Assembly (NCBI GenBank): GCA_963719495.1
Contig: CAVRCI010000004.1
Coordinates: 310,620-374,619, forward strand
Direction: 5' to 3'
Length of the DNA stretch: 64,000 nt
Origin: an uncultured Verrucomicrobiae bacterium
Lineage (GTDB): Bacteria; Verrucomicrobiota; Verrucomicrobiia; Chthoniobacterales; JAATET01
Below are positions 38,525 to 49,149 of the stretch, in pieces. The notes beneath the pieces are model-generated. The model was given only the letters and a program-made list of their open reading frames with translations, did not search any database and was not told where the DNA came from. The translations under genes and the position numbers were made by a program. Every line of letters begins with the position of its first letter. Positions within the stretch are counted from its first letter, which is position 1.

Positions 38525-39022
38525 TTAGTCGTCGTCTTCGTCGGGGGCTTCGGCCTTTTCGATGACGTGGGCGTTGACTTTGACTTTGAGCTTGGCGGTG
38601 ACGTCGGGGTGGATCTTGACGGGGACTTCGTGGTCGCCGGATTCCTTGATGCCTTTATCGAGGACGACGGCGTGGCGGGGGAGGGTGACGTTTTGGAGTT
38701 CCTGCTCGATGCGCTCGGTGAGGTCCTTGGCGGTGATGGAACCGAAGGCTTTGCCGGATTCGCCGGTTTCGAGCGTGAGCGTGATGCGGAGCTTGTTGAT
38801 ACGGGAGGCCAGTTCCTCGGCAGCATTCAGCTCACGGCCTTCGCGCTCGGCGCGTTTGGCTTTGAGGTGATTGATGGCGCGCATCGAGCCGGCGTCGGCT
38901 TCGAGGGCCTTGCCTTGGGGTAGGAGAAAATTGCGGGCGTAGCCGCGACGGACTTTGACGATGTCGGCTTCCGCGCCGAGCGGGCCAATGTTTTCAGTGA
39001 GGATAACTTCGGTAAGAGCCAT
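38525..39022 (-). CDS. rplI: 50S ribosomal protein L9
   Basis: VKVRRGYARNFLLPQGKA, GKAFGSIT. Confidence 0.98.
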   Translation of the reverse strand: MALTEVILTENIGPLGAEADIVKVRRGYARNFLLPQGKALEADAGSMRAINHLKAKRAEREGRELNAAEELASRINKLRITLTLETGESGKAFGSITAKDLTERIEQELQNVTLPRHAVVLDKGIKESGDHEVPVKIHPDVTAKLKVKVNAHVIEKAEAPDEDDD

Positions 39023-39140
39023 AATGGTGTGATTGGTCGGAGGGCAGAGGGTAGGGGGCGGCTGGGGGGAGTCAATTTATTTTGGGGCGGCGGGTGAATT
39101 TGCCGCAAAGAGGCGCAGAAGGCTCAAAGGGGGTGAGGGT

Positions 39141-39938
39141 TCACGCGCCGGGATTGAGTTCGGCGATGATACGGAGGCCTTGGAGGGTGAGGTTGGGGTC
39201 GATGGTGTCGAAGATTCCGAGGGATCCGCCGATGAGTTTGGCGTCGCCGCCGGTTGCGATGATGCGGGGCCGTCGGCGGGGAAAGGTTTCCCGGCGGATC
39301 TGGGTGAGGATCTCGGTGATGAGTCCGCGGTATCCGTGGACGGCTCCGGCGAGCATGGCGGCTCGGGTGGATTTACCGACGGCGGTGAGAGGTTCGGTGA
39401 GGGTGATGGCGGGGAGGAGGGCGGTGCGGTCGTGGAGGTAATGGGTCATGGCCTCGAGGCCGGGGGCGATGACGCCGCCGATGTAGGCGGGGCCGGTGGC
39501 GAGGATGTCGAAGGTGACGGCGGTGCCGAAGTCGACGACGATGGCGGGGGTGCCGTGAAGGGCGGCGCAGGCGGCGGAGTTGGCGAGGCGGTCGGCTCCG
39601 ATGCTGGGTGGGTCCGGGTAGTCGAGGGCGACTCCGAGCCGGGTGCTGGCGGTGACTTCGACGAGGGGGGTGCCGCGGAGGACGCGGCGGATGACGGTCG
39701 CTTTGGCGGGGACGACCGACGCGAGGATGGCGCGATCGTAGCGGAGGGGAGCGAGGGCCTCGGCGAGGGTGCGGGCGGTCAGCGTCGGCGTCGGGATCCG
39801 GTGGACGCGACCGATGCGAGTGCCGGTGGAGACCGCGAATTTCGTGAACGAGTTACTGTTGTCGAGGAGGAGGGTGGGGAGGGCAGAGCCGTGATTTGTG
39901 ACTGGTGAGTGGTGATTGGTGGTGGGGTGGCGGGCCAC
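39141..39938 (-). CDS. coaX: Type III pantothenate kinase
   Basis: LLLDNSNSFTK, IGADRLAN, VVDFGTAVTFD, GGVIAPGL, ATGGDA. Confidence 0.95.
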   Translation of the reverse strand: MARHPTTNHHSPVTNHGSALPTLLLDNSNSFTKFAVSTGTRIGRVHRIPTPTLTARTLAEALAPLRYDRAILASVVPAKATVIRRVLRGTPLVEVTASTRLGVALDYPDPPSIGADRLANSAACAALHGTPAIVVDFGTAVTFDILATGPAYIGGVIAPGLEAMTHYLHDRTALLPAITLTEPLTAVGKSTRAAMLAGAVHGYRGLITEILTQIRRETFPRRRPRIIATGGDAKLIGGSLGIFDTIDPNLTLQGLRIIAELNPGA

Positions 39939-39943
39939 TTTTT

Positions 39944-41083
39944 TTATGCGAGCGGTTTGCGGCCGGCGGGCTTGGCTTTTTCCTCGGACTCGGAGGCTCC
40001 GGAGCTGTTGGCGAGGTCGGCTTCCTCGGGTGGCAGGAAATTCCGGAAGCGGCCTTTGTCGATCGCCTTCATGTAGGCCTCGTGAGGGGAGACGTCGCCC
40101 TTGCGGAGTTGTTCCCAGATGGCGTCGTCCATGAATTGCATGCCTTCGCCGCGTCCGCCAATGATGACGTCCTGCAGCTTTTGCGTGGCCCCTTCACGAA
40201 TGATCGCGGCTGCGGCCGAGTTAACGACGAGGATTTCGTTGACCGCGACGCGGCCGGTGCCGTCCTGTTTTTTCATGAGCAGCTGGGCGATGACGCCGCG
40301 GAGGGAGGACGCGAGCATGGTGCGGACTTGGGCCTGCTGATCGGAGGGGAAGACGTCGATCATGCGGTCGACGGTCTTTTGGGCGTTGTTCGTGTGGAGA
40401 GTTCCGAAAACGAGCATGCCGGTCTCGGCGGCGGTGAGGGCGAGGGAGATGGTCTCGAGATCACGCATCTCGCCGACGAGGACGATGTCGGCGTCTTCGC
40501 GGAGAGCGGCTTTGAGGCCGCTTGGGAATGAGCTGGAGTTCTCCGGCACCTCGCGCTGGGTGATGATGGATTGTTTGTTTTTGTGAACGAATTCGATGGG
40601 TTCTTCGATCGTCACCACGTGGCGTGAGGAGGTGGAGTTGATGTGATCGATGAGGGCGGCCAGGGTGGTGGATTTTCCGGAACCGGTGGGGCCCGTGACG
40701 AGGACGAGGCCACCGCGGAGGTCGGCGAATTTTTTGATCACTTCCGGGACCTTGAGTTCGTCGAGTGTGGCGATCTTGGTGGGAATGAGGCGAAAGACGG
40801 CACCGTAACCGTTCGACTGCTTGAGGTAGTTGCAACGGAAGCGCGAGTCGGCGTCCATTTCGTAGGCGAAATCGAGGTCGCCGGATTTTTCGAAATCCTC
40901 CCAGCGCTCCGGCGAACAAATTTCGCTCAACATGTAGGTTGCTTCTTCGCGGGTGATGACTTCGTCGCGGATCGGGAGGATCTCGCCGTGGCGACGGACC
41001 TTCGGCGGCTCACCTTCCGCGAGGTGAAGGTCGGAGGCACCGGATTCGATGAGGACTTTGAAGAATTGGTCGATGTAGGCCAT
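39944..41083 (-). CDS. pilT: Type IV pilus retraction ATPase
   Basis: GASDLHL, GPTGSGKSTT, TIEEPIE, VGEMRD, GTLHT, AAIIREG. Confidence 0.93.
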   Translation of the reverse strand: MAYIDQFFKVLIESGASDLHLAEGEPPKVRRHGEILPIRDEVITREEATYMLSEICSPERWEDFEKSGDLDFAYEMDADSRFRCNYLKQSNGYGAVFRLIPTKIATLDELKVPEVIKKFADLRGGLVLVTGPTGSGKSTTLAALIDHINSTSSRHVVTIEEPIEFVHKNKQSIITQREVPENSSSFPSGLKAALREDADIVLVGEMRDLETISLALTAAETGMLVFGTLHTNNAQKTVDRMIDVFPSDQQAQVRTMLASSLRGVIAQLLMKKQDGTGRVAVNEILVVNSAAAAIIREGATQKLQDVIIGGRGEGMQFMDDAIWEQLRKGDVSPHEAYMKAIDKGRFRNFLPPEEADLANSSGASESEEKAKPAGRKPLA

Positions 41084-41135
41084 TGGATTTGAGGGGGCGA
41101 AGGTCGGAAAGTCTGAAGGTCGGAATGTCGGAGGA

Positions 41136-42254
41136 TTACTCCAGTCCGGTGGCTTTTCGCATGGACTGTTTTTGGTCGGAGCGAGAGACGGCTTCCTGGG
41201 CGGTGATGAGATCCTTTTCGAAGAGTTCGAAGAGGGAATCGTCCATGAGTTTCATGCCGAGGCGTTTTCCGGTTTGGATGATGCCGGGGAGCATGAAGGT
41301 CTTGGCTTCCCGGATGGTGTTCGCGACGGCGGGAGAGTTCATGAGGACCTCGAGCGCGAGGACGCGGCCGGTGCCGTCGGCGCGGGGGACGAGTTGCTGA
41401 CTGATGACGCCGCGGAGGGATTCCGAGACCATGATTCGGATCTGGTCGCGTTGGTCGACCGGGAAGACGTCGAGGACGCGGTCGAGGGTGCGGGCGGCGT
41501 TGGCGGTGTGGAGGGTGCCGAGGACCAAATGGCCGGTCTCGGAAGCGGTGATGGCGAGCTGGATGGTCTCGAGATCGCGCATTTCGCCGACCATGATGAC
41601 GTCGGGATCCTGACGGAGAGCGCCACGGAGGGCAGCGGCGAAGGAGCCGGTGTGGGTGTGGACTTCGCGCTGGGTGACGTGGCAGCCGCGGGACGGGATG
41701 GTGTATTCGATCGGGTCCTCGAGCGTGATGATGTGGTCGTGGCGCGTCTTGTTGATCTCGTCGACGAGGGCGGCGAGCGTGGTCGATTTGCCGCTGCCGA
41801 CGGCTCCAGTCACGAGGACGAGACCGTTGTGGTATTGGGTGAGCAGCTTGAGCGCGGGCGGCAGACCGAGTTCGTCCATCGTGCGGATGTTGCTGTTGAT
41901 GATGCGGAAGGTGAGGTCGAGCCCGAGTCGCTGGCGGACGACGCTGGTTCGGAAACGGCCCATGTCGTTCGCGTAGGCGAAGTCGACGTCGCCGATGTCG
42001 GCGAGGTGGTGTTTCTGCGCGGCGGAGAGGAACCCCATGGCGAGCTTCTCGGTATCCTCGGCTGTGAGCGGCGGCGCGTCGTCCCAGATCGGGGTGAGGC
42101 GTCCGAAGCGCCGCCACGACGGCGGCGAATTCACGCTCATGTGAATGTCGGAGGCGTCGTATTCCTTGCCGATGTTGAGAAATTCGTCGACGTGCTGGAA
42201 CTTCTGCTTGGGTTCGTGCAACAGTTCTTCGGTATCGGGGGCGGGTTGGCTCAC
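41136..42254 (-). CDS. PilT/PilU-family ATPase (second paralog)
   Basis: ASDIH, GAVGSGKSTT, LEDPIE, LRQDPDVIMVGEMRD, GTLHT. Confidence 0.93.
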   Translation of the reverse strand: MSQPAPDTEELLHEPKQKFQHVDEFLNIGKEYDASDIHMSVNSPPSWRRFGRLTPIWDDAPPLTAEDTEKLAMGFLSAAQKHHLADIGDVDFAYANDMGRFRTSVVRQRLGLDLTFRIINSNIRTMDELGLPPALKLLTQYHNGLVLVTGAVGSGKSTTLAALVDEINKTRHDHIITLEDPIEYTIPSRGCHVTQREVHTHTGSFAAALRGALRQDPDVIMVGEMRDLETIQLAITASETGHLVLGTLHTANAARTLDRVLDVFPVDQRDQIRIMVSESLRGVISQQLVPRADGTGRVLALEVLMNSPAVANTIREAKTFMLPGIIQTGKRLGMKLMDDSLFELFEKDLITAQEAVSRSDQKQSMRKATGLE

Positions 42255-42270
42255 GGAATGAAACGTTAGA

Positions 42271-42828
42271 TTGGTGATGTTGCGGCAAACAAACGAATTC
42301 GTTGCGGCGGCGGGGCGCTCCCCTTGGGTTGGGGTCGGGGTGGGATTTTACAGAGGATCGCGGGCCGGGTCGCTGAAAGATGGGTTTTTCCCGGCGTTCG
42401 GGGCGGTTTTTCTGGCGAGCTGTATTCTGCTCGTGGGGTGTGGCGATCGTGAAGCCGCCGATGGCGGCAGGGCGACGGACGCGGTGAGGGCCTACGTGGC
42501 CGCCTACCCGGCTGGTGAAAAAGCGCTGGAGACGGTGGTGGACGGCAGCCCCGCGGCGCTCGACCTCGAGGTCAGTCGCCCGCGGTTGACGGAGGTTGGT
42601 GCGGCTTTTGAGCTGATCGAAACGCGAATCGAAGCGATGGGTCCCGAAAGCGCGACGATCGCTTTCGAGTTGGAGGTGCGTGGCGATCCGGGCTTCCGGG
42701 GTTACCGAATGAAGGGAACCTGCGAGTTGCGGCGGGAAAAGCGGCGCTGGCGGGTGTTCGCAACCGACTTGATTTCTCTGGAATACCCGGCTGCTCCGAA
42801 CGTGCAATCCGAGCTTTCAAAAAAATAA
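42271..42828 (+). CDS. Hypothetical lipoprotein (start uncertain)
   Basis: Hydrophobic stretch with lipobox LVGC; fills the gap between genes. Confidence 0.5.
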   Translation: MVMLRQTNEFVAAAGRSPWVGVGVGFYRGSRAGSLKDGFFPAFGAVFLASCILLVGCGDREAADGGRATDAVRAYVAAYPAGEKALETVVDGSPAALDLEVSRPRLTEVGAAFELIETRIEAMGPESATIAFELEVRGDPGFRGYRMKGTCELRREKRRWRVFATDLISLEYPAAPNVQSELSKK

Positions 42829-42888
42829 TCGATTTCGAGAAGCGCGGTGTGTGTTCGGTGAGCGATCCCTCCTCAACCAAACACTATT

Positions 42889-43035
42889 ATGCTCTGGACC
42901 ATCCTCATTATTCTTCTCGTCCTGTGGGCGCTCGGCTTCGGCTTTGGCGTTGCCGGCAGTCTCGTTCACCTCATCCTCGTGATCGCCCTGATCGTGCTGG
43001 TTGTCCAGCTCGTGACCGGGCGAAAGGTCCCCTGA
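42889..43035 (+). CDS. lmo0937/DUF5670-family small membrane protein (48 aa; absent from ORF track)
   Basis: MLWTILIILLVLWALGFGFGVAGSLVHLILVIALIVLVVQLVTGRKVP. Confidence 0.9.
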   Translation: MLWTILIILLVLWALGFGFGVAGSLVHLILVIALIVLVVQLVTGRKVP

Positions 43036-43043
43036 CCCGAGTC

Positions 43044-43805
43044 TCACGATAGCAGGCGTCGCAGGGTTGCGGCGTCTGATTTGAACTGCGACGGAGTGCC
43101 GTCCTTGACGAACTCAAGGAGGATGTGGCGCTCCAAGGCGGATTCCTTCAGTTTGGCAACGTAGGCGGACCAAGTGGCGTAGCCGTCGGCCAGTGGGCGT
43201 TTGTCGCGGTCCGGGTGCCAGTGAAAAGCGTGGACGTTGCTCGTCCGTCGAATGCATCGTCCCAGGCTGTGCAGGCAGTCTGCTTCGGACATGCCGACGG
43301 GCGGCTGCCAAAGAGTGGTGAGGTTCGGATGATTCACCGTGTCCAGCAGTCTTAGCGTGGATTCCGTCGTATTGGTGTAAGTGCCGCCATGAAATTCCAG
43401 GGCGATTCGAACGTCCTGGGCCTCGGCGCTTGTCGCCATCCGGTGGAGGCGGTCGCGGAGGTCGCCAAACGTGATGTCATCAACGTTCTCGGAATCCCGG
43501 CACCCGGCCCAGACTCGAATGGTTGGTGCTCCGAGTTCGACCGCGGTGACCAGAGTGGACTCGAATTCCGGGGTGGAGCCGTCCGCTTCGATGATTCGGA
43601 AGTAGGACCCGTAGGCGGCGACTTGCAGACCGGCATCGGCGGTCATCCGGCGGACTTCGCGGGCGTTTGCGGCATCACCGGGTAGGACGTGAACGTCGCC
43701 GCCCCACTCGATCGATTCAAGCGCGGCTTCGGCGACGAGGTTGACGATCTCGCGGGGTGAGCGGTCGCGGAAGGTGATGGAGACAAGGCCGGGGGTTAGG
43801 AGCAT
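43044..43805 (-). CDS. Sugar phosphate isomerase/epimerase (TIM barrel)
   Basis: GLVSITFR, IEWGGDVHV, YGSY, IRVWAG, LEFHGGT, LLEFV. Confidence 0.9.
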   Translation of the reverse strand: MLLTPGLVSITFRDRSPREIVNLVAEAALESIEWGGDVHVLPGDAANAREVRRMTADAGLQVAAYGSYFRIIEADGSTPEFESTLVTAVELGAPTIRVWAGCRDSENVDDITFGDLRDRLHRMATSAEAQDVRIALEFHGGTYTNTTESTLRLLDTVNHPNLTTLWQPPVGMSEADCLHSLGRCIRRTSNVHAFHWHPDRDKRPLADGYATWSAYVAKLKESALERHILLEFVKDGTPSQFKSDAATLRRLLS

Positions 43806-43831
43806 GGTGACTAGTGAATGGTGAATGGTGG

Positions 43832-44821
43832 TCAAGCCATCCGGGCGGCGGCCTCTCGGGTGACGGCGGCTTTGAGGGGTTCGCCGGCGAGGTAGCGGCG
43901 GCATTCGTCGACCATGAGCTGGCCCATGCGGCGGCACTCGTGGTCCTGACTGCCAGCGATATGCGGGGTGAGAATCACGTTCGACATTCCGAGCAGCGGG
44001 GATCCGGGGAGGGGTGGTTCGGGATTCGTGACGTCGAGGATGGCGGTGAGGTCCGGGCGTTTGCAGAAGACTTCGACGAGCGCGGGCTCGTCGACGATTT
44101 TCCCGCGCGAGGTGTTGATGAACGTTGCGCCCGGCTTCATCGAGGCGAGGAGGTCGCCGGTGATCAGACCGATGGTTTCCGGTAGCAGTGGCGTGTTGAG
44201 GGAGACGACGTCGCTTCGGCTGAACAGATCGGCGAGCGCGACGAGTTCGACGTCCAAGTCGGCGGCTTGTTCGGTCGACAGGAACGGATCGTAGGCGATG
44301 ACGTGGTGATCGAATGGGCGGAGGAAATCGCGCAGGAGTCGTCCGGTCATTCCCATCGACACGATGCCGACGGTCGACCGGTAGTTTCCCGGCACGGACC
44401 TTCGGGCGGGGAGGAGTCCGGTCTGACGGACGGCCATCGGGTAGGTCCAGGCGCGTTTGTTCGCGAGGAGGATCTGGGCGAGGTTGAATTCGGCGACCGG
44501 GATGGCGTTGGCGGCCCAGGCGGAGCAGATCGTGATGCCGCGGTCCCACGCGGCGTCGGTGGCGAAGTTGCGGATCGATCCGGCGCCGTAGAAAACGACG
44601 CGGAGTTTCGGCGCGGCGGCCAGGAAGGTTTCGTCGAGGGGGGTCATGCCCCAGCCGGAGAAAATGGCCTCGGTTTCCGCGAGTGCGTCGGGGTGATCGG
44701 CGACGGTTTCGATCGATAGTGGCGGCCCGACGACGTCGACCATCGACTCGATTTGGGCGCGCTCGTTGGGTCCGTAGATGTTGTCGAACTGAGCGGGTAG
44801 GAGCAGGTAAATGGCTTTCAT
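43832..44821 (-). CDS. D-isomer-specific 2-hydroxyacid dehydrogenase
   Basis: ANAIPVAE, SDVVSLNTP, FINTSRG, DVTNPEP, TPHIAGS. Confidence 0.93.
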   Translation of the reverse strand: MKAIYLLLPAQFDNIYGPNERAQIESMVDVVGPPLSIETVADHPDALAETEAIFSGWGMTPLDETFLAAAPKLRVVFYGAGSIRNFATDAAWDRGITICSAWAANAIPVAEFNLAQILLANKRAWTYPMAVRQTGLLPARRSVPGNYRSTVGIVSMGMTGRLLRDFLRPFDHHVIAYDPFLSTEQAADLDVELVALADLFSRSDVVSLNTPLLPETIGLITGDLLASMKPGATFINTSRGKIVDEPALVEVFCKRPDLTAILDVTNPEPPLPGSPLLGMSNVILTPHIAGSQDHECRRMGQLMVDECRRYLAGEPLKAAVTREAAARMA

Positions 44822-44965
44822 GGGTTGGCTTCGAGGCGAGGAGGGAGCCTACCGGTTTGCCGTTCCGAGCGAAGCGCAGAATCGCTGTCCTTTCGGCGGA
44901 GGAAGATGCGGGTGAGGTGAGAGATCAGAGATCCTTCGCTTCGCTCAGGATGACAGGTTTTGGAT

Positions 44966-46507
44966 TCAGGGAGCATTTCCGCGGAGCAGCTCCGCAGTGG
45001 ACGGGACGTCCTTGATGATTTGACTCCGGAGTGGACCGACGCCGATGTAGCGGAGGTTGGGGGGGGCGGCTTGGGCGTCGGCGACTTCGATGATTGCGCG
45101 GAGGACCACTTTTACGTAGCGGCGGGCATTTTCCGGCAGATCGGCGTAGTGACGGATTCCGCTGAGGTCTTCGCTCCAGCCGGGGACGTGTTCGTAGATA
45201 GGTTTGAGCGTGCGGCGGAAGGCGTCGTCGCGGGGGACGTGGTCGACGCGCTGGCCGTCGGGGGTTTCGTAGGCGACGCAGATGGCGAGGTCGCCGTTCG
45301 TCCATTCGCCGTTGTAACTGAGGGCGTCGAGTTTGTTGAGGACGAGATCCTGATAGCCGCCGTAGCGAAGGGCGTCGCCTTTTTCGACGGCGTCGAACCA
45401 GCCGACCATGCGTTGGCGACCGGTGGTGGAGCCGAATTCGATGCGGCGGAGGGTGCGGCCGAGCGGGTGGTCGTCGGTGAGCTCCGTGAGGAAGAGGTGG
45501 GTGCCGACCTTGGTGTCGTAGGCTTTGCAGCAGCCGATGGTGTGGACGGGTTGGGCGGGAATGCCGGCGGATTGAAAAAATTCCGGCGTGAAGGTGTGGG
45601 AGGCGGTGACGTTGGGCGGGAAGCCGTGGCGTTTGTCGAGCCAGTAGGCCTGGCCAAATTCGCCGAGGATCGACTGGCCGCGGGCGAGGGCCTGGAGGGT
45701 GAGCTCGCGGACGTCGGTGACGCTGGCGACGAGGGCTTGGCCGGCGACCCAGTAGGTCTCGGCGAGGAGTTCGAAGTCGAGGGTGAAGGGTGGGCCGCCG
45801 TTGAAGCGGGTGAAGTCGAACTCGGCTTCGGAGAAGAGATCGGCGCCGATGACCTCGGCGTGGGCGCGGGTCTCGGCGGTGGTGAGAGTTTCGAAGAGTC
45901 CGGCCCAGCGGTCGGGGGCGAGTTGGCAGACGTGCTGGATGACGCGGAGGGCGCGGTCGACGCGGGCGCGAAGCTTGCGTTCGAAGATCGCGCGGTCGGC
46001 GCGGAAGTCGGCGTAGGTGATTTGGAATTGGGCGATCTCGTCCGTGTAGGCGGGCGTGATGCCGCGACCGGTGGAGCCGCGGGGTTCTTCGTTGAGGATT
46101 TCGGTGCGGTAGAATTCCCACGCGAGGTCGAGGAGGCGGTGAGAAAGATCGGAGACGAGGGTGCGCTCGTCGATGCGGAGGCGGGGGAGCGCGGTGTGAC
46201 CGTGGAGTTCGCAGTAGGCGGCTTCCCAGAGGAATTTGCGTGGATCAGCGACGACGCCCGCGCCGATGGTGAGGTGGGGAATGAGCGGGTCGACGACGCC
46301 GCCGGGGAGGAGGTTGAGTTTCACGTCGCCGACGGAGTGGCCGGAGTTCGACCCGCCGTTGACCTTCATGACGGCGGCGATGGCGTCTTCGCGGCCGGTG
46401 GCTTCACGGAGTTCGTCGATGACTTCGAGAATGACGCGGCCCTTGCCTTCGTCGCCGGTGGAAATGCCGGTGTCGGCGATGAGGAGGGAGGTGAATGGGG
46501 TGAGCAT
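44966..46507 (-). CDS. purA: Adenylosuccinate synthetase
   Basis: [49 protein letters not shown]. Confidence 0.95.
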   Translation of the reverse strand: MLTPFTSLLIADTGISTGDEGKGRVILEVIDELREATGREDAIAAVMKVNGGSNSGHSVGDVKLNLLPGGVVDPLIPHLTIGAGVVADPRKFLWEAAYCELHGHTALPRLRIDERTLVSDLSHRLLDLAWEFYRTEILNEEPRGSTGRGITPAYTDEIAQFQITYADFRADRAIFERKLRARVDRALRVIQHVCQLAPDRWAGLFETLTTAETRAHAEVIGADLFSEAEFDFTRFNGGPPFTLDFELLAETYWVAGQALVASVTDVRELTLQALARGQSILGEFGQAYWLDKRHGFPPNVTASHTFTPEFFQSAGIPAQPVHTIGCCKAYDTKVGTHLFLTELTDDHPLGRTLRRIEFGSTTGRQRMVGWFDAVEKGDALRYGGYQDLVLNKLDALSYNGEWTNGDLAICVAYETPDGQRVDHVPRDDAFRRTLKPIYEHVPGWSEDLSGIRHYADLPENARRYVKVVLRAIIEVADAQAAPPNLRYIGVGPLRSQIIKDVPSTAELLRGNAP

Positions 46508-46632
46508 GCGGGTCGGAAGGTCGGAAGGTCGGAAGGTCGTAACGTCGGAAAGTCAGGAAATGGCTGTCGCCATTCAACAATCGCACCAGCGATTCTGAAA
46601 TGACTTTCCGACCTTCGACCTTGGACTGCGCG

Positions 46633-48183
46633 TCATCGCGCCTCCGCCTCCGGCGTTGCTTTGACGGTGATGACGTCGTGGGGGGCGCTTTCGCGTTGGC
46701 CGGCGGGGCTGACGCGGATGTAGCGGGCGTTGGCTTTGAGGGCGGGCAGGTCGCGGGCTCCGAGGTAGCCCATGCCGGATTGGAGGCCGCCGATGAGTTC
46801 GCGCAGAACGGTGTCTAGGGGGCCGCTGGATTCCTTGAGGGCCTCGATGCCCTCGGGCGCGGCCTTGGCCGGGGCGTCGCTCTTTTCGTGGCCGTAACGG
46901 GCGGCGCTGCCGTCCTGCATGGCTTCGCGCGAACCCATGCCGCGGTATTGTTTATAGACCTTGCCGTTGATTTCGATGATGCGGCCGGGCGATTCGTCGG
47001 CTCCGGCGAGGAGGCCGCCGCAGATGACGGTGTCGGCGAGCGTGAGGGCTTTGACGATGTCGCCGGACTTCGTGATGCCGCCGTCGGCGATGGTGGTGAC
47101 GCCGTGCTCGGCGGCGGCGCGGGCGCAGACGTAGAGGGCGGTCATCTGCGGGATGCCGACACCGGCGACGACGCGGGTGGTGCAGATCGAGCCGGGCCCC
47201 TGGCCGATCTTGATGGCGTTGGCTCCGGCGCGGGCGAGGAATTCCACGCCGTCGCCGCTGGTGACGTTGCCGGCGATGAGGGTGAGGTCGGCGAATTCGT
47301 CGCGGAGGAGGCGGACGGCGTCGCCGACGCCTTTGGTGAAGCCGTGGGCGGTCGAGACGGCGACGGCGTCGATGCCTTCGTCGACGAGGCGGCCGACGTG
47401 GCCGACGATGCGGTCGCGGTCGAGCGTGCCGTCGGCGTGGCGGTGCGGGGAGACGGCGGCTCCGCAAATGAGGCGGAATTTCGCGTCGCGGGCGGGGCGG
47501 ACGAGGCGGCGGGTTTCCTCCTCGATGCGCTCGATGTCGGAGAGCGTGAAGAGGCCGCGGAGGCGGTCGTGGTCGTCGACGACGAGGAGTTTGTGGATGC
47601 CGAGGTGCTCGGTGAAGAAATGGTCGGCGGTCTCGATCGGCTGGTCGCGGATTTTGCTCTCGGGTAGCGTGAAGACCTGGTCGCGGGGGGTCATGGCCTC
47701 GCGGACGGTGCGGTGGGCGTAGCGGGATTTCACGACGCGGCCGGGGAGGAGGCCGAGGAGGCGGTTTTCGGCGTCCACGACCGGGAAGGTGCTGAAGCCG
47801 AACCGTTTCTTCGCGATGAGGTCGAGGATTTCGCCGATGTGCTGGTCGGGTCCGACTTTGATGGGTTCCTGAATGAAGCCGTGGATGTGGTTTTTGACGC
47901 GGGCGACCTCTTTGATCTGGGCGTCATCGGTCATGTTGTAATGGACGAGCCCGAGACCGCCGTTGAGGGCCATCTGGATGGCCATGCGCGATTCGGTCAC
48001 GGTGTCCATGTCGGACGAAATGATCGGAAGTTGGAGCTGGACCGAGTCGGAGAGCGAGACAGCGAGCTGGGCGTCGCGGGGGAGAATCTCGGAGTATCGC
48101 GTGGCGAGCGAGATGTCGTCGAAGGTCAGGCCGACGGGCTGGCGGAAGAATTCGTCCGCGGGGAGGTAGAGGTCGTGCGCCAT
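46633..48183 (-). CDS. guaB: IMP dehydrogenase (with CBS pair)
   Basis: [48 protein letters not shown]. Confidence 0.96.
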   Translation of the reverse strand: MAHDLYLPADEFFRQPVGLTFDDISLATRYSEILPRDAQLAVSLSDSVQLQLPIISSDMDTVTESRMAIQMALNGGLGLVHYNMTDDAQIKEVARVKNHIHGFIQEPIKVGPDQHIGEILDLIAKKRFGFSTFPVVDAENRLLGLLPGRVVKSRYAHRTVREAMTPRDQVFTLPESKIRDQPIETADHFFTEHLGIHKLLVVDDHDRLRGLFTLSDIERIEEETRRLVRPARDAKFRLICGAAVSPHRHADGTLDRDRIVGHVGRLVDEGIDAVAVSTAHGFTKGVGDAVRLLRDEFADLTLIAGNVTSGDGVEFLARAGANAIKIGQGPGSICTTRVVAGVGIPQMTALYVCARAAAEHGVTTIADGGITKSGDIVKALTLADTVICGGLLAGADESPGRIIEINGKVYKQYRGMGSREAMQDGSAARYGHEKSDAPAKAAPEGIEALKESSGPLDTVLRELIGGLQSGMGYLGARDLPALKANARYIRVSPAGQRESAPHDVITVKATPEAEAR

Positions 48184-48279
48184 GGGGGAGCGTGGTTTGC
48201 GGGGTTTTTCCGGGCAAGGGAATTCTGTGATTGGTGATTAGTGAGTGGTGATTGGTGGGTGAGCGGGTAGTTTCTGCGC

Positions 48280-48663
48280 GTGGTTCGGCGGATTTTGCGG
48301 TGGGTTTTGGGGGTGGCTTTTGTCGTGGCGGGGGTGAATCACTTCGTGGATCCGGCGACTTACGTGGCGATGGTTCCCGAGTGGTTGCCGTGGGCTGGGG
48401 CGGCGGTTTTTTGGAGCGGGGTGGCGGAGGTTGCGGGCGGGATTGGCGTGCTGGTGCCGTGGCTGCGGCGGGCGGCGGGGTGGGGGCTGATCGCCTTGTT
48501 GGTGGCGGTTTTCCCGGCGAACGTCGATGCGGCCTTCAACGGGATGGAACTTCTCGGCGGGCCGGTGCCGGCGTGGGTGCTCTGGGTCCGATTGCCATTC
48601 CAGGCCGTTTTTGCGGCCTGGGTTTGGTTCGCTTGCGGGCTGGGGCGCCGCTCGGAGGATTAA
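48280..48663 (+). CDS. DoxX-family membrane protein
   Basis: AGVNHF..P, SGVAE..GG, AVFPANV, RLPFQ. Confidence 0.88.
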   Translation: MVRRILRWVLGVAFVVAGVNHFVDPATYVAMVPEWLPWAGAAVFWSGVAEVAGGIGVLVPWLRRAAGWGLIALLVAVFPANVDAAFNGMELLGGPVPAWVLWVRLPFQAVFAAWVWFACGLGRRSED

Positions 48664-49019
48664 CCGAGCAGGCCGCCGAGCAGCCAGGTGCTGGCGGTGC
48701 TCACAATCGAGATGATGAGTGCGCCGAGGAGGGCGTTGCCGAAGCCTTTGATCGTGAGGTGATCGGTGAGGGCGTCGGTGAGCTTGAGGAGGATGGCGTT
48801 GATGATCCAGCGGGTGATGAATCCGAGGAGCCAGGCAATTCCCAGCGTGGCGATGGCGAAGACGCCGAAGAGGAGCCAGCCAAGCAGGGCGTTGAGGAGG
48901 CCGAAGATGGCGGCGACCAGGATTGCGCTGGCGAAATTCTTGACCTGAAATCCCGGGAGGATCAGGGCGGTGACGTAGACGGCGATGGATGTGATGAGCC
49001 AGGTGATGAGAAGCGACAT
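48660..49019 (-). CDS. 4-TM membrane protein of the Phage_holin_4_2 (DUF360) family
   Basis: LPGFQV..F.SAIL.A.IFGLLN...TLG...INAILL...GFGNALLGALII. Confidence 0.88.
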   Translation of the reverse strand: MSLLITWLITSIAVYVTALILPGFQVKNFASAILVAAIFGLLNALLGWLLFGVFAIATLGIAWLLGFITRWIINAILLKLTDALTDHLTIKGFGNALLGALIISIVSTASTWLLGGLLG

Positions 49020-49149
49020 GGTGGTTTTTTAGGTGGGATCGTGGGTGAGGCGCAAGGTGGATGGTTCGGCTCTCTCGCTTCGCTCGATTTGCCGGGTGCT
49101 GCGGCGGGACGCCGCAGCTCGCACGCGGGGACGCGTGCGCTCCCCAATT

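Noticed and set aside
40927..44549. Long ORFs 40927-42807 and 43044-44549
   Set aside because: Arg/Pro-rich off-frame shadows of the PilT-family and dehydrogenase genes; only 43044-43805 is a real gene.
48660..49019. Prophage suggested by a holin-family gene
   Set aside because: This family is common in chromosomes, and its neighbours are housekeeping genes with no phage functions.
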